This document shows, in pieces, positions 47,301 through 55,868 of a stretch of 64,000 nt of DNA. Where the stretch lies: positions 1,884 to 65,883 of the forward strand of contig JAGWPY010000067.1 in assembly GCA_028870275.1 (NCBI GenBank), given 5' to 3'. Source of the DNA: Gammaproteobacteria bacterium (lineage in GTDB: Bacteria > Pseudomonadota > Gammaproteobacteria > Steroidobacterales > Steroidobacteraceae). The notes beneath the pieces were generated by a model, which worked only from the letters and a program-made list of their open reading frames with translations, was not told where the DNA came from and did not search any database. Within the stretch, counting starts at the first letter, position 1. Each line of letters starts with the position of its first letter. The position numbers and the translations under genes were made by a program.

Positions 47301-49550
47301 GAGCTCGAGACGCTCGTGATCCAGATCGACGGCGGCATGCTGCCGGCCGACGACCGCGCGCTGAGCGTCCTGCAGACCAGCCTCGACGAGCTCGCCCGCA
47401 TGCGCGACCTCGTGGGCGCCGGCCGCCAACCCCCGCGAGCCGAGGCGTTGATCGCCGGTATCCGAGCGTTGTCATCGGGCGGCGCTGCGGCCGCCGCGAT
47501 CGCGGCGGCCCCGCCTGCGGCAATGCCCCCGCCAGCGTCAGTGTCCCCGCCCGCGCCAGTGTCCGCGCCGGCGTCCGCATCGGTTCCGACGGCGCCCGCG
47601 CCGCTCGCCGAGCCGGCCACCGGAGCCGCCGAGGTGGTGTCGAGGGGCGAGAACAACGAGCTCTCCGCCTCGAGCCTCGATCTCGGCAACGCGCCCGTGT
47701 TGCCGGGACGCGAGTCGCAGCCGGTCGAGCGCGCCGAAATGGCGCGGGTCGACGCCGAGTTGCTCGACACGATGCTGAACAACGCCGGCGAGGTCAGCAT
47801 CTATCGGGCACGCCTCGACCAGCAGGTCAACTCGATCGATTTCAACCTCGTGGAGCTCGCCCGCACGGTTACGCGGCTCAAGGAGCAGTTGCGCGGACTG
47901 GAAATCGAGACCGAGGCGCAGATCCTCAATCGCCACCAGGAAGCCGAGCCGCGCCGCGCTGACTTCGATCCGCTCGAGCTCGACCGCTATTCGGCGCTGC
48001 AGCAGTATTCGCGGGCGCTCGCCGAGACTTCGAGCGACGTCGCGAGCATCCAGGGTCTGCTCGAATCGCTGACCCGCGAGGCGCAGAATCTCCTGACCCA
48101 GCAGGCGCGAGTCATCACGGAGCTGCAGAACAGCCTGATGCGCACGCGCATGGTGCCTTTCCAGCGGCACGTGCAGAGACTCACCCGCCTGGTGCGCCAG
48201 GCGGCGAACGATACCGGCAAGCGTGCCGAGCTCAGCGTTCACGGAGCCACGGCGGAGCTCGACCGGCAGATGCTCGAGCGCATGGTTCCGCCGCTCGAGC
48301 ACATGCTGCGAAACGCGGTCGTGCACGGCATCGAGACGCCCGAAGAGCGCGCCGCGCTCGGCAAGCCCGAGACCGGGCGAATCAGCGTCAGCCTCGAACG
48401 AGACGGCGCGGAAATCGTCATCGTGGTCGCCGACGACGGGGCGGGAATCAACGTGAAGCTGATCCGCGAGAAGGCGATCGCCCTCGGTCTCGCCGATCCG
48501 CAGGCGAAGCTCACGGACGAAGAGGCCATGCAGCTGATCCTCGAGCCGGGATTCAGCACGGCCGGGCGAGTGACCCAGGCCGCTGGTCGCGGAGTCGGCA
48601 TGGACGTGGTGGCGACCGAGGTCAAGAAACTCGGCGGCGGCTTGTTCATCGAGTCGACGTTCGGCAAGGGTTCGCGATTCACGATACGCCTGCCGTTCAC
48701 TCTGGCCATCAGCCAGGCCCTGATCGTGCGCGTCGGCGACGAGACCTATGCGTTGCCGCTCGCGACGGTCGAGGGTGTCGTGCGACTGCCGCGATCCATC
48801 GTTGCCCGGCACCTCGGCCGTGACGCTCCGCCTTTCGACTATGGCGGGCAGAAGTACCGATTCCAGCACCTCGGCAACTTCGTCGGACTCGGTGCCTCGC
48901 CCCTGCCCGAAGCGGACGTGTCGATGTCCGTGGTGCTCATACGCGCCGGCGAGCATTCGACCGCGCTGGTCACCGACGAACTGGTGGGTAGCCGCGAGAT
49001 CGTGGTCAAATCACTCGGTCCGCAGGTATCGGCGATCCGCGGCATCGCGGGCGCGACCATACTCGGCGACGGACGCATCGTCATCATTCTCGACATGGGA
49101 TCGCTGGTGCGCTCGGAGTGGCGCGCGCGCTCGGCCGAGGGTCTCGCCGCGGACCAGCGCGACCGCCGCAACGTCGCCCTGGTGGTCGACGACTCGATCA
49201 CGGTGCGTCGCGTGACCCAGAGATTGCTCGAGCGCAACGGCATGCGCGTGGTCACGGCCAAGGACGGAGTCGAGGCCGTCTCGATACTGCAGGACCTCAA
49301 ACCCGACGTGATCCTGCTGGACATCGAAATGCCCCGCATGGACGGCTACGAGGTGGCGGCTCACGTGCGTAACGATCCGCGCCTGCGGGACGTGCCGATC
49401 GTGATGGTCACTTCCCGGGTCGGCGAAAAGCACCGCGCACGCGCAATCGAACTCGGCGTCGACGACTATCTGGGCAAGCCCTACCAGGAGAGCCAGCTCC
49501 TCGATGCGATCGAACCGCTGGTCAATCGCCGTAGCGCGGTCGGTTCTTGA
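44301..49550 (+). CDS. chpA: hybrid CheA-type histidine kinase ChpA/PilL (multiple Hpt domains, HATPase, CheW and receiver domains)
   Basis: 1749 aa; Hpt signatures FHTLKGSGRM, VHTLCGSSKM, LHTLKGGARM. Kinase core ..HMLRNAVVHGIE..DDGAGI..GRGVGMDVV; C-terminal receiver ..VDDSITVRR..DIEMPRMDGYE..KP. Confidence 0.93.
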   Translation: MTDLSSQTLHVVAKELSATLGEARVALEAYAERTDQREMLERCADLLHVAHGVLRMVEVYGAALLAEEMEHVTRFLLEAVDDEKRQTDGLDALMRAMVQLPTYLERVLSGGRDLALVLLPLLNDLRSVRGSPLLSEGTLLLLNLKSDQRPPPRADGEAHVPVALWARRLRPRFQVGLLGLIRGERAEQNLEIMAKVAEKLEQVATTQPVFQFWWVTGAILEALRANGLEASATLKRLLGQADRQIKLLYEGGEARYCENPPVELLNNLLYYVARSSVGGGRIAAVRASFKLGELLPVDDTVEQERDSLSAPSVKLMRTVAAAIKEDLAQVKDVLDIFVRRGGGRPEEIEPQLELLKKISDTLGVLGLGELRQRVQQEIGELHAMLESGRAPTEDALIKVASVLLSVEDSLDEQLVRLILPTAAKAGAGPEEGEDLDFRQVSEAVLRECSVNLARIKEAISVAVQKPDDGSPQGLDNVPQLLRGITAGLLMLGKGRAAELMDSIGVHVREIVEPGAPAADPLRLERIADAIVSIEYYMETIQSGRADPWYMLDNAETCVKALSEDLAHRLPEVALPTGEPAATVRIDPHETVALVRTVQLPRAEPAEPALDPQLVELFIEEAKEELESIGRSFPSWEQNPMDVDALVTMRRSFHTLKGSGRMVGARVIGDFAWSIENLLNRIIDKTLTRTPAIVAVIGEAVAALPRLIEQLETGRPSGVAVEHIVGRAHACAGAREAQAAAAAGSAPAESTQSVPAADRAETEAPVVGMDPALHEIYSKEATAHLAAIREYLGKRRGQLAPHDLPEGIYRAVHTLCGSSKMAEARHGIRVTEPLNHYLRKVYESGLGLPDEGLQALDQAVEAIDNVIAHIDESTVFFAEQPRLLERIRALEAELDAELARAAEDTANSQVMPALAEPSPGGLAPPAAVPAAAIEPEPFDAEIAGIYGEEATELLEGAQSALAAWTGDRRDKAPVADLQRRLHTLKGGARMAGISAMGDLSHELETLVIQIDGGMLPADDRALSVLQTSLDELARMRDLVGAGRQPPRAEALIAGIRALSSGGAAAAAIAAAPPAAMPPPASVSPPAPVSAPASASVPTAPAPLAEPATGAAEVVSRGENNELSASSLDLGNAPVLPGRESQPVERAEMARVDAELLDTMLNNAGEVSIYRARLDQQVNSIDFNLVELARTVTRLKEQLRGLEIETEAQILNRHQEAEPRRADFDPLELDRYSALQQYSRALAETSSDVASIQGLLESLTREAQNLLTQQARVITELQNSLMRTRMVPFQRHVQRLTRLVRQAANDTGKRAELSVHGATAELDRQMLERMVPPLEHMLRNAVVHGIETPEERAALGKPETGRISVSLERDGAEIVIVVADDGAGINVKLIREKAIALGLADPQAKLTDEEAMQLILEPGFSTAGRVTQAAGRGVGMDVVATEVKKLGGGLFIESTFGKGSRFTIRLPFTLAISQALIVRVGDETYALPLATVEGVVRLPRSIVARHLGRDAPPFDYGGQKYRFQHLGNFVGLGASPLPEADVSMSVVLIRAGEHSTALVTDELVGSREIVVKSLGPQVSAIRGIAGATILGDGRIVIILDMGSLVRSEWRARSAEGLAADQRDRRNVALVVDDSITVRRVTQRLLERNGMRVVTAKDGVEAVSILQDLKPDVILLDIEMPRMDGYEVAAHVRNDPRLRDVPIVMVTSRVGEKHRARAIELGVDDYLGKPYQESQLLDAIEPLVNRRSAVGS

Positions 49551-50032
49551 GGGCGGCCGTGTCGGAACTGCGCGACGAACTCTATAGTCTCCTGGTGCCG
49601 CTGGCGGGCGAGCGGCTGATCGTGCCCCGCGCCTGCGTCGCCGAAGTGATCGGCTATCAGGCGCCCGCCCAGATGACCAATGCGCCGCCCTGGTACATCG
49701 GCCTCGTGCCGTGGAACGGGGCCAATGTACCGGTCGTGTCTTTCGAAGGGGCGATCGGGCAGCCATTGCCGACCGTCTCCGGGCGAACGCGGATCGTCGT
49801 GTTCCACTCGATCGCCGAGCGGTTGCAGAGCGGTTATTTTGCCGTGCTGACCCAGGGCTTCCCGCAACTGGTACGGATCAGCGCCGAGGTGGTCCGACCC
49901 GATCCCCTGCGCAGTTTCGCCGAGCGTGCGCCGGTGATCTGCCAGATCCGCATGGTCAACGAAACGCCGTTGATCCCGGATCTCGAGCGGCTCGAGCAGA
50001 TGATCGCCGAGGAAACGTCGGTCATTGACTGA
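49547..50032 (+). CDS. chpC: CheW-like protein ChpC
   Basis: TTG overlaps the chpA TGA (GTG 49559 is an alternative start). ..LLVPLAGERLIVPRACVAEVIGY..PWYIGLVPWNGANVPVVSFE. Confidence 0.78.
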   Translation: MRAAVSELRDELYSLLVPLAGERLIVPRACVAEVIGYQAPAQMTNAPPWYIGLVPWNGANVPVVSFEGAIGQPLPTVSGRTRIVVFHSIAERLQSGYFAVLTQGFPQLVRISAEVVRPDPLRSFAERAPVICQIRMVNETPLIPDLERLEQMIAEETSVID

Positions 50033-50693
50033 GCGGGCTTCGTCCGGCTCGAACCCGCTCGCACCGCTGGTGCGCGGCGCGAGCGGGGCGCTGCGTCGCG
50101 CCGTGGCCGCACCACCCGTTCGATTCGCCGCGCGCTGGCCGGACACGCGGCGCCCGCCGCGCTCACGGGGCAGGGAGGCGCCCGCCGACCCACCCGTGCT
50201 GCGCGCGCTGCCGCGGGTGCTGCGGTCGATGCACGCCCGCCGCGATCCGCTCTCGATCGCGCTCGGGCGTGCCCTGCCGCTGCTCCTATGGCGCCGCACT
50301 TATCGAGCGGGTGAGGTCGACGGGCATTTTCTCGCCAACTATGCATGGAGCGAGTTCATCGGCCGGACCGGCCCGTGGCGCAGTCGCTCGCTCGCCTGCG
50401 GATTGCTGCTTCTCGGTCCGCGGACGCTCTATCCGAGCCACGCGCATCCGGCCGAGGAACTCTATCTGACGATCGCGGGCAACGCCGAGTGGCGACGCGC
50501 GGGCGGGCGATGGCGACGGGTGCCCCCCGGGGGCCTGATCCTGCACCGCAGCGGCGAGCCGCACTCCATGCGTACCCGGGGCGCGCCGCTGCTCGCGCTG
50601 TACGTCTGGCGCGGCCACGGTCTCGCACAGAGTGCGCGTCTGGTGGAGGTGGAGCGACGCCCTCAGCCGAGCCCGGCCCGCAGATCGCCGTAA
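50025..50693 (+). CDS. cupin-domain protein, DddL-like (DMSP-lyase family)
   Basis: Cupin motifs YPSHAHPAEELYLTIAGNAEW and GEPHSM. The first ~68 codons are Arg/Pro-rich, so the start is uncertain (ATG 50229 is an alternative). Confidence 0.6.
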   Translation: MTERASSGSNPLAPLVRGASGALRRAVAAPPVRFAARWPDTRRPPRSRGREAPADPPVLRALPRVLRSMHARRDPLSIALGRALPLLLWRRTYRAGEVDGHFLANYAWSEFIGRTGPWRSRSLACGLLLLGPRTLYPSHAHPAEELYLTIAGNAEWRRAGGRWRRVPPGGLILHRSGEPHSMRTRGAPLLALYVWRGHGLAQSARLVEVERRPQPSPARRSP

Positions 50694-51406
50694 CTCGACT
50701 GCAACCAGACCATCGCGGCGACGGCCGCGGTCTCGGTGCGCAGGATGCGCGGGCCGAGCCTCAGGCCCGCGAATCCCGCGAGCCGGAACCAGTCGATCTC
50801 CTCGGCTTCGAATCCGCCCTCCGGGCCGACGGCCACCTCGATCGATTCGAAGACGCGTTCGCCGCGCGGCTCGCCCGTGGCCAGCGGGTCCAGCAGCAGT
50901 CGCAGGCGACCGTCCGCCGGCTCGCCGAGAAATTCGTCGAGGCGTCGCGGCCGCTCGATCGTCGGCAGCCGGGTGCGGCCGCTCTGCTCGCAGGCGGCCA
51001 CCGCCACCGCATGCCAGTGAGCCGCCTTCGCTTCACCCTGCTCGGGGTCGAGGCGCACGACGCAACGCCGGCTCACGAGGGGTACGATGCGTGCGACGCC
51101 GAGTTCGGTGGCCTTCTGCACGATCCAGTCCATGCGTTCGCCGCGCGGCACGCTCTGCAGCAGCGTGATCGGCCACGGCGCCTCGCATTGCGGGATGCTG
51201 GGGGCCCCCACGGTCACGCTGACCCTGGTCCCACGTACCTGATCGATCACCGCCGCGAACTCGCGTCCGTCGCCGTTGAACAGCACCAGCGGGTCGCCGC
51301 TGCGGCCGCGCAGTACGCGGGCGACGTGCGTCGCCGGTTCGGCTGGAAGTTCGAGAACGCTTCCCTGCGCGATCGTGGCCGCGACGTACAACCGCGTCAG
51401 TCGCAT
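50663..51406 (-). CDS. rsmE: 16S rRNA (uracil1498-N3)-methyltransferase RsmE
   Basis: MRLTRLYV..HVARVLRGRSGDPLVLFNGDGREFAAVI.. and C-terminal ..GPRILRTETAAVAA. Confidence 0.9.
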   Translation of the reverse strand: MRLTRLYVAATIAQGSVLELPAEPATHVARVLRGRSGDPLVLFNGDGREFAAVIDQVRGTRVSVTVGAPSIPQCEAPWPITLLQSVPRGERMDWIVQKATELGVARIVPLVSRRCVVRLDPEQGEAKAAHWHAVAVAACEQSGRTRLPTIERPRRLDEFLGEPADGRLRLLLDPLATGEPRGERVFESIEVAVGPEGGFEAEEIDWFRLAGFAGLRLGPRILRTETAAVAAMVWLQSSYGDLRAGLG

Positions 51407-52785
51407 GTGGCCTGCTCGATGCCAGCCGCCGCCACGTCGACCATCAGATCAATCTGCGCGTCGTCGACCACATATGGCGGCATGAAATAGACGACGTCGC
51501 CGATCGGGCGCAGCAGCACGCCGTTCGCCAGTGCATGCCGCTGGATTCGCCGGCCGCGGCGCTCCCGCCAGTCGTAGGCCTCGCGTCCGGTCTTGCTGCG
51601 CACCATCTCGATCGCCACGATCATGCCGTGCTGGCGAACCTCGGCGACGTGCGGATGGCTTTCGAGTCGCCGGGCACGAAGGCCGAGACGTTCGGCCTTC
51701 GGACGGTTGCCTTCGATCGTGCGCTCTTCGCGCAAGATGTCGAGAGTCTCGAGCGCGACCCGGCAGGCGAGCGGATTCCCCGTGTAGCTGTGCGAATGCA
51801 GGAACGCCCGCAGCGAGGCGTATTCGTCGTAAAACGCCTGGTAAACCGCCTCCTTCGTCATCACCACCGACAGCGGCAGGAAGCCGCCGGTCAGTCCCTT
51901 GGACAGGCAGAGAAAGTCCGGAGTGATCGCCGCCTGCTCGCAGGCAAACATCGTTCCCGTCCGGCCGAATCCCACGGCGATCTCGTCGGCGATCAGGTGA
52001 ACGCGATGACGGTCACAGGCTTCGCGCAGTCTGGCGAGATAGACCGGATGGTACATGCGCATTCCGCCGGCGCATTGCACCAGCGGCTCGACGATCACCG
52101 CGGCGACCTCCGCGGCGTGGCGCTCGAGCAGACGCTCCATCGCCTCGAACTGGCGCAATGAATGACTCTCCCAACTCTCCCCGGGTTCGCGGTGGTAGCA
52201 ATCGGGCGACGGCGCGGTGAAGACGTCCATGAGCATCGGTCGATAGAGAGACTTGTAGAGGTCCACGTCGCCGACCGCGAGCGCACCGAGGGTCTCGCCG
52301 TGATAGCCGTTGGCGAGCGCCACGAAACGCGTCTTGCGCTGGTCGCCGCAGTTGCGCCAGTAGTGGAAGCTCATCTTCAGCGCAACTTCCACGGCCGCCG
52401 AGCCGTTGTCGGCGAAGAAACAACGCGACAGGCCCTGGGGCGCGATCGATACGAGGCGCTCGGCGAGGAGCACCGCGGGCTCGTGGGTGAAGCCGGCGAA
52501 GATCACGTGCTCGAGCCTCGCGGCCTGGTCGGCGAGCGCCGCGGCGATCCGCGGATTGGCGTGTCCGAACAGGTTCACCCACCAGGAACTCACGGCGTCG
52601 AGGTAGCGCCTGCCGTCGTAGTCCTCGAGCCACGCGCCATCACCGCGTTTCACGGCGATCGGCGGCATCGTCTCGTGGTCCTTCATCTGGGTGCAGGGAT
52701 GCCACACGACGCGCAGGTCGCGTGCCGCGAGCGAGGGGACGGCCGAAGCGGTCCCGCGGGGGGGCGATTGGTTCATGGGCGGCAT
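51397..52785 (-). CDS. bioA: adenosylmethionine-8-amino-7-oxononanoate aminotransferase
   Basis: ..VWHPCTQMKDHE..SSWWVNLFGHANP..ADEIAVGFGRTGTMFA..LSKGLTGG.. Start taken at ATG 52785 (52776 is an alternative). Confidence 0.9.
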   Translation of the reverse strand: MPPMNQSPPRGTASAVPSLAARDLRVVWHPCTQMKDHETMPPIAVKRGDGAWLEDYDGRRYLDAVSSWWVNLFGHANPRIAAALADQAARLEHVIFAGFTHEPAVLLAERLVSIAPQGLSRCFFADNGSAAVEVALKMSFHYWRNCGDQRKTRFVALANGYHGETLGALAVGDVDLYKSLYRPMLMDVFTAPSPDCYHREPGESWESHSLRQFEAMERLLERHAAEVAAVIVEPLVQCAGGMRMYHPVYLARLREACDRHRVHLIADEIAVGFGRTGTMFACEQAAITPDFLCLSKGLTGGFLPLSVVMTKEAVYQAFYDEYASLRAFLHSHSYTGNPLACRVALETLDILREERTIEGNRPKAERLGLRARRLESHPHVAEVRQHGMIVAIEMVRSKTGREAYDWRERRGRRIQRHALANGVLLRPIGDVVYFMPPYVVDDAQIDLMVDVAAAGIEQATCD

Positions 52786-52834
52786 TTTCGCATAAGCTTG
52801 CCGGCGGGCCGTAAGCCCCTTGCGGAGGACGTCG

Positions 52835-53434
52835 ATGCGACTGCCGGTGTTTGCGGTCGATACCAATTCCGGCCTGTTGCGCGGCGCGAGGCATCTGCGT
52901 TCGCCCAACCAGGACGCGCGGCCGGAAGGCATCGCGATCGATCTCATCGTGATCCACGGCATCAGCCTGCCTCCGGGAGCTTACGGCGGACCGTGGATCG
53001 ATCTCCTTTTCACCAATGCGCTTCCCGCCGACGCGCACCCCTATTTCGCCGGCATCGCCGATTTGCGCGTGTCGGCGCATCTGCTGATCCGCCGCAGCGG
53101 CGAGGTCGTGCAGTACGTGAGCTTCGGCGCGCGCGCCTGGCACGCCGGAGCGTCGCGGTACGGCGATCGGCAGTCCTGCAACGACTTCTCGATCGGGATC
53201 GAACTCGAGGGAAGCGATCACGCGCCGTACGAGGACGCGCAGTATCGCGTGCTCGCCAAGGTGGCGGCGGCGCTGATCGACGCTTATCCCGGTCTATCGC
53301 CCGACCGGATGGTCGGTCATTGCGACATCGCGCCCGGACGCAAGACGGACCCCGGGCCCGCGTTCGACTGGCCTCGCGCGCGGCGTCTGGTCGATCTGGC
53401 GATGCGCGCCGGCGGCGCTCAGCGGCCGGGCTGA
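52835..53434 (+). CDS. ampD: 1,6-anhydro-N-acetylmuramyl-L-alanine amidase AmpD
   Basis: RBS GGAGGA lies 5 nt before ATG 52835. ..SPNQDARPEG..IVIHGISLPPG..AHLLIRRSGEVVQYV..AWHAGAS..NDFSIGIELEG. Confidence 0.88.
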   Translation: MRLPVFAVDTNSGLLRGARHLRSPNQDARPEGIAIDLIVIHGISLPPGAYGGPWIDLLFTNALPADAHPYFAGIADLRVSAHLLIRRSGEVVQYVSFGARAWHAGASRYGDRQSCNDFSIGIELEGSDHAPYEDAQYRVLAKVAAALIDAYPGLSPDRMVGHCDIAPGRKTDPGPAFDWPRARRLVDLAMRAGGAQRPG

Positions 53435-53994
53435 GGGTTCGCGTCCCGCGGCGCCGGCTTCCAGAGCACCTCGGTCCCATGCTCGTGCCTCGCGATCACG
53501 CGGGCAAGCACGAACAACAGGTCGGAGAGTCGATTGAGGTACACGAGCGCTTCCGGCGCGACGGGTTCCATGCGCGCGAGCGTCCAGCCGCGCCGTTCGG
53601 CACGGCGGCAGATGGTGCGGGCGAGGTGACAGGCGGCGGCCGCCGGTCCGCCGCCCGGCAGGATGAACTCCTTGAGCGCAGGCAGGGCCGCATTGAACGC
53701 GTCGATCTCCATTTCGAGCCGTTCGATCTGCGCCGAGCCGATCACCCGGTGTCCGGGGATGCACAGCTCGGCACCGAGATCGAACAGATCGTGCTGGATG
53801 CGCGTCAGGCACTCGCGTGCCGAATCCGGCATGGCGGGCACTGCGAGCACCATGCCGATCGCGCTGTTCGCCTCGTCGACCGTGCCGTAGGCCTCGACCC
53901 GGGCGTGGTCCTTGGCGACCCGGGAGCCGTCGCCGAGTCCGGTGCTGCCCTCGTCTCCGGTGCGGGTGTAGATCTTGCTGAGCCGGTGCCCCAT
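53419..53994 (-). CDS. PduO-type ATP:cob(I)alamin adenosyltransferase
   Basis: MGHRLSKIYTRTGDEGSTGLGDGSRVAKDHARVEAYGTVDEANSAIG.. (191 aa). The rest of the 463-aa track ORF is discarded. Confidence 0.9.
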   Translation of the reverse strand: MGHRLSKIYTRTGDEGSTGLGDGSRVAKDHARVEAYGTVDEANSAIGMVLAVPAMPDSARECLTRIQHDLFDLGAELCIPGHRVIGSAQIERLEMEIDAFNAALPALKEFILPGGGPAAAACHLARTICRRAERRGWTLARMEPVAPEALVYLNRLSDLLFVLARVIARHEHGTEVLWKPAPRDANPQPGR

Positions 53995-54072
53995 CTGCAG
54001 GTCTCGCGGTCGTGGTCGGGGGCTGGGACGGTAGGCGGGTGCCCCGGCTCCTGTCAAGGTAAGCTTGGGCGG

Positions 54073-54891
54073 ATGGATGCCTCGCCCGAACTGAAAGCCG
54101 CGCTCGACGCCGCGGCCACCGCCGCGGACATCGCCCGCAGCCTGTACCGGCGCAATCTCGCCGTCCGCGTGAAGTCCGACAAGTCTCCGGTCACGGAGGC
54201 CGACCTGCGCTGCGAGCTCGCGATCCGCGAGATCCTGTGCGAGCGATTTCCGACCTACGGATTTCTCGGTGAGGAGACCGGTTCCGCCGGCGCCGGGGCG
54301 GAGAGCCTCTGGCTCGTCGATCCGATCGACGGCACCAAGGCTTTCGTGCGCGAATATCCGCTGTTCTCGACGCAGATCGCGCTGATGCGCGCCGGAGAGA
54401 TCGTGCTCGGCGTGTCGAGCGCTCCCGTGTACGGCGAGATCGCCTACGCCGAGCGCGGCGGTGGCGCCTGGCTCGACGGTGAACCGATCGGCGTGAGCGA
54501 GGTCGGCTCGATCGGGGAGGCGGCGCTGTCCGCCGGAAATCTGCGCAGCCTCGCCAGCGGAGCCGGCTGGTCGGCCTACGGGGCATTGGTCGCACGCGTC
54601 GACCGCATACGCGGCTACGGCGACTTCCTGCACTACCACCTGCTCGCCTCCGGCCGGATCGACGTCGTGCTGGAGAGCGACGTGAACATCCTCGACGTCG
54701 CGGCCGCCGCGGCGATCGTGACCGAGGCCGGCGGAAGATTCACCGATCTCGAGGGACAGCCGCTCGGTCTGACCTCGACGAGCGTCCTGGCGAGCAACGG
54801 CCGGCTTCACGGCCCGGTGCTCGCGGCGCTCAGCGGATCCAGCGAATCTGGCGGGCCGAGCGCGGACCGATCACGACCTCCGCGAGACTGA
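54073..54891 (+). CDS. inositol monophosphatase family protein (possibly histidinol-phosphatase type)
   Basis: ..SPVTEADL..FLGEE..WLVDPIDGTKAF..; this is the real gene in the last 272 codons of the 909-aa track ORF. Confidence 0.82.
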   Translation: MDASPELKAALDAAATAADIARSLYRRNLAVRVKSDKSPVTEADLRCELAIREILCERFPTYGFLGEETGSAGAGAESLWLVDPIDGTKAFVREYPLFSTQIALMRAGEIVLGVSSAPVYGEIAYAERGGGAWLDGEPIGVSEVGSIGEAALSAGNLRSLASGAGWSAYGALVARVDRIRGYGDFLHYHLLASGRIDVVLESDVNILDVAAAAAIVTEAGGRFTDLEGQPLGLTSTSVLASNGRLHGPVLAALSGSSESGGPSADRSRPPRD

Positions 54892-55642
54892 GCGGCTCGG
54901 TCCACCGGCCGGGCCCGATCACGCGCCGCCCCGCCATGAGTTCGGCGGTGTGTTGGGGCAGCAGCGGCACCTGCCGCGGGTCGCCGTATCCGTCGGGGAA
55001 CAGGGGTGCATCCGTCGCCGGGTCGTACTCGTCGGTCGCACCGAGCGTGTGCATCAGTTCGTGTGCGATGACCACGTCGTTGGCGCCGTCCATGCGCGGA
55101 TCGGCGAATGCGTAGACCACCCCGACCAGACCCTTCTCGAGCCCCAGCGAGTGCGGCAGGGTCGACTGCAGGGCGGGATCGCGGTACATCACGAACATGC
55201 GCACGTCCGTCGGCTCCGCCGAGCGGCGCCCGACGGTCCAGGCGAAGTAGCGCAGTCGGAGGCTCCAGAGGATCGTGGCGAGCGGGTCCGCGCCGGGCGC
55301 GAGTCGCGGCGGCGACCGATCGAGCCGCGGCTCGAGGCGCGTCACGACGGGCAGGGGTTCCCTTACTCCGTAGCGGGCCGCCTCGCGGGCGAAGAACCGG
55401 TCGATCGGCGCGAACTGTGCTTCCTGCAGGGTCGCAAGGTAGCGCGCGGTCGCCGGGCTCGCATCGGCCGCGATCGGATCGATCGCGACCCGCAGCGGCG
55501 ACTTCCAGCTGGTCGCCCGTTCGTGCTGCCAAAGGGTGCGCAGCGCGACGAACGCGAGCAGCAGAGAGAGCACCAGGATCCGCGCGGTGCGAAAGCGCCG
55601 CGAGCGCTCGGCGGGATACCGGCTCTTTGCGGGGCGGCTCAA
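54830..55642 (-). CDS. membrane-anchored HExxH protein (putative zinc metallopeptidase) of unknown family
   Basis: TTG 55642 overlaps the upstream TGA (TTGA). TM segment ILVLSLLLAFVALRTL; HELMHTLGATDEYD motif; 270 aa. Confidence 0.6.
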   Translation of the reverse strand: MSRPAKSRYPAERSRRFRTARILVLSLLLAFVALRTLWQHERATSWKSPLRVAIDPIAADASPATARYLATLQEAQFAPIDRFFAREAARYGVREPLPVVTRLEPRLDRSPPRLAPGADPLATILWSLRLRYFAWTVGRRSAEPTDVRMFVMYRDPALQSTLPHSLGLEKGLVGVVYAFADPRMDGANDVVIAHELMHTLGATDEYDPATDAPLFPDGYGDPRQVPLLPQHTAELMAGRRVIGPGRWTEPLSLAEVVIGPRSARQIRWIR

Positions 55643-55827
55643 TCTGCGGCTTCGACGCCGACTTCGTCGATCTCGCCGTCGGCGACGGTGTAGGACACCA
55701 GCATCGCCTTGCAGCAGACCGGACAGTCCTCGAAATAACTTTGACCCGGCACCGAAAGATCGAATTCCAGGTCGACGGTCTCCCAGCAGTGGGGACAGGT
55801 GACTTCGTAGTGTTGCAGCAGGTCCAT
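55639..55827 (-). CDS. CPXCG-motif cysteine-rich small protein (zinc-ribbon like)
   Basis: 62 aa, MDLLQHYEVTCPHCWETVDLEFDLSVPGQSYFEDCPVCCKAMLVSY. Confidence 0.75.
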   Translation of the reverse strand: MDLLQHYEVTCPHCWETVDLEFDLSVPGQSYFEDCPVCCKAMLVSYTVADGEIDEVGVEAAD

Positions 55828-55868
55828 CGCAGCACTCCTCCCGGTGGATGCGCGGCCTCGACGCCGCC

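Noticed and set aside
52162-54072. First ~637 codons of the 909-aa plus-strand ORF
   Set aside because: Antisense to bioA and the PduO adenosyltransferase and out of frame with ampD. Only the last 272 codons (from ATG 54073) look like a real protein (IMPase family).
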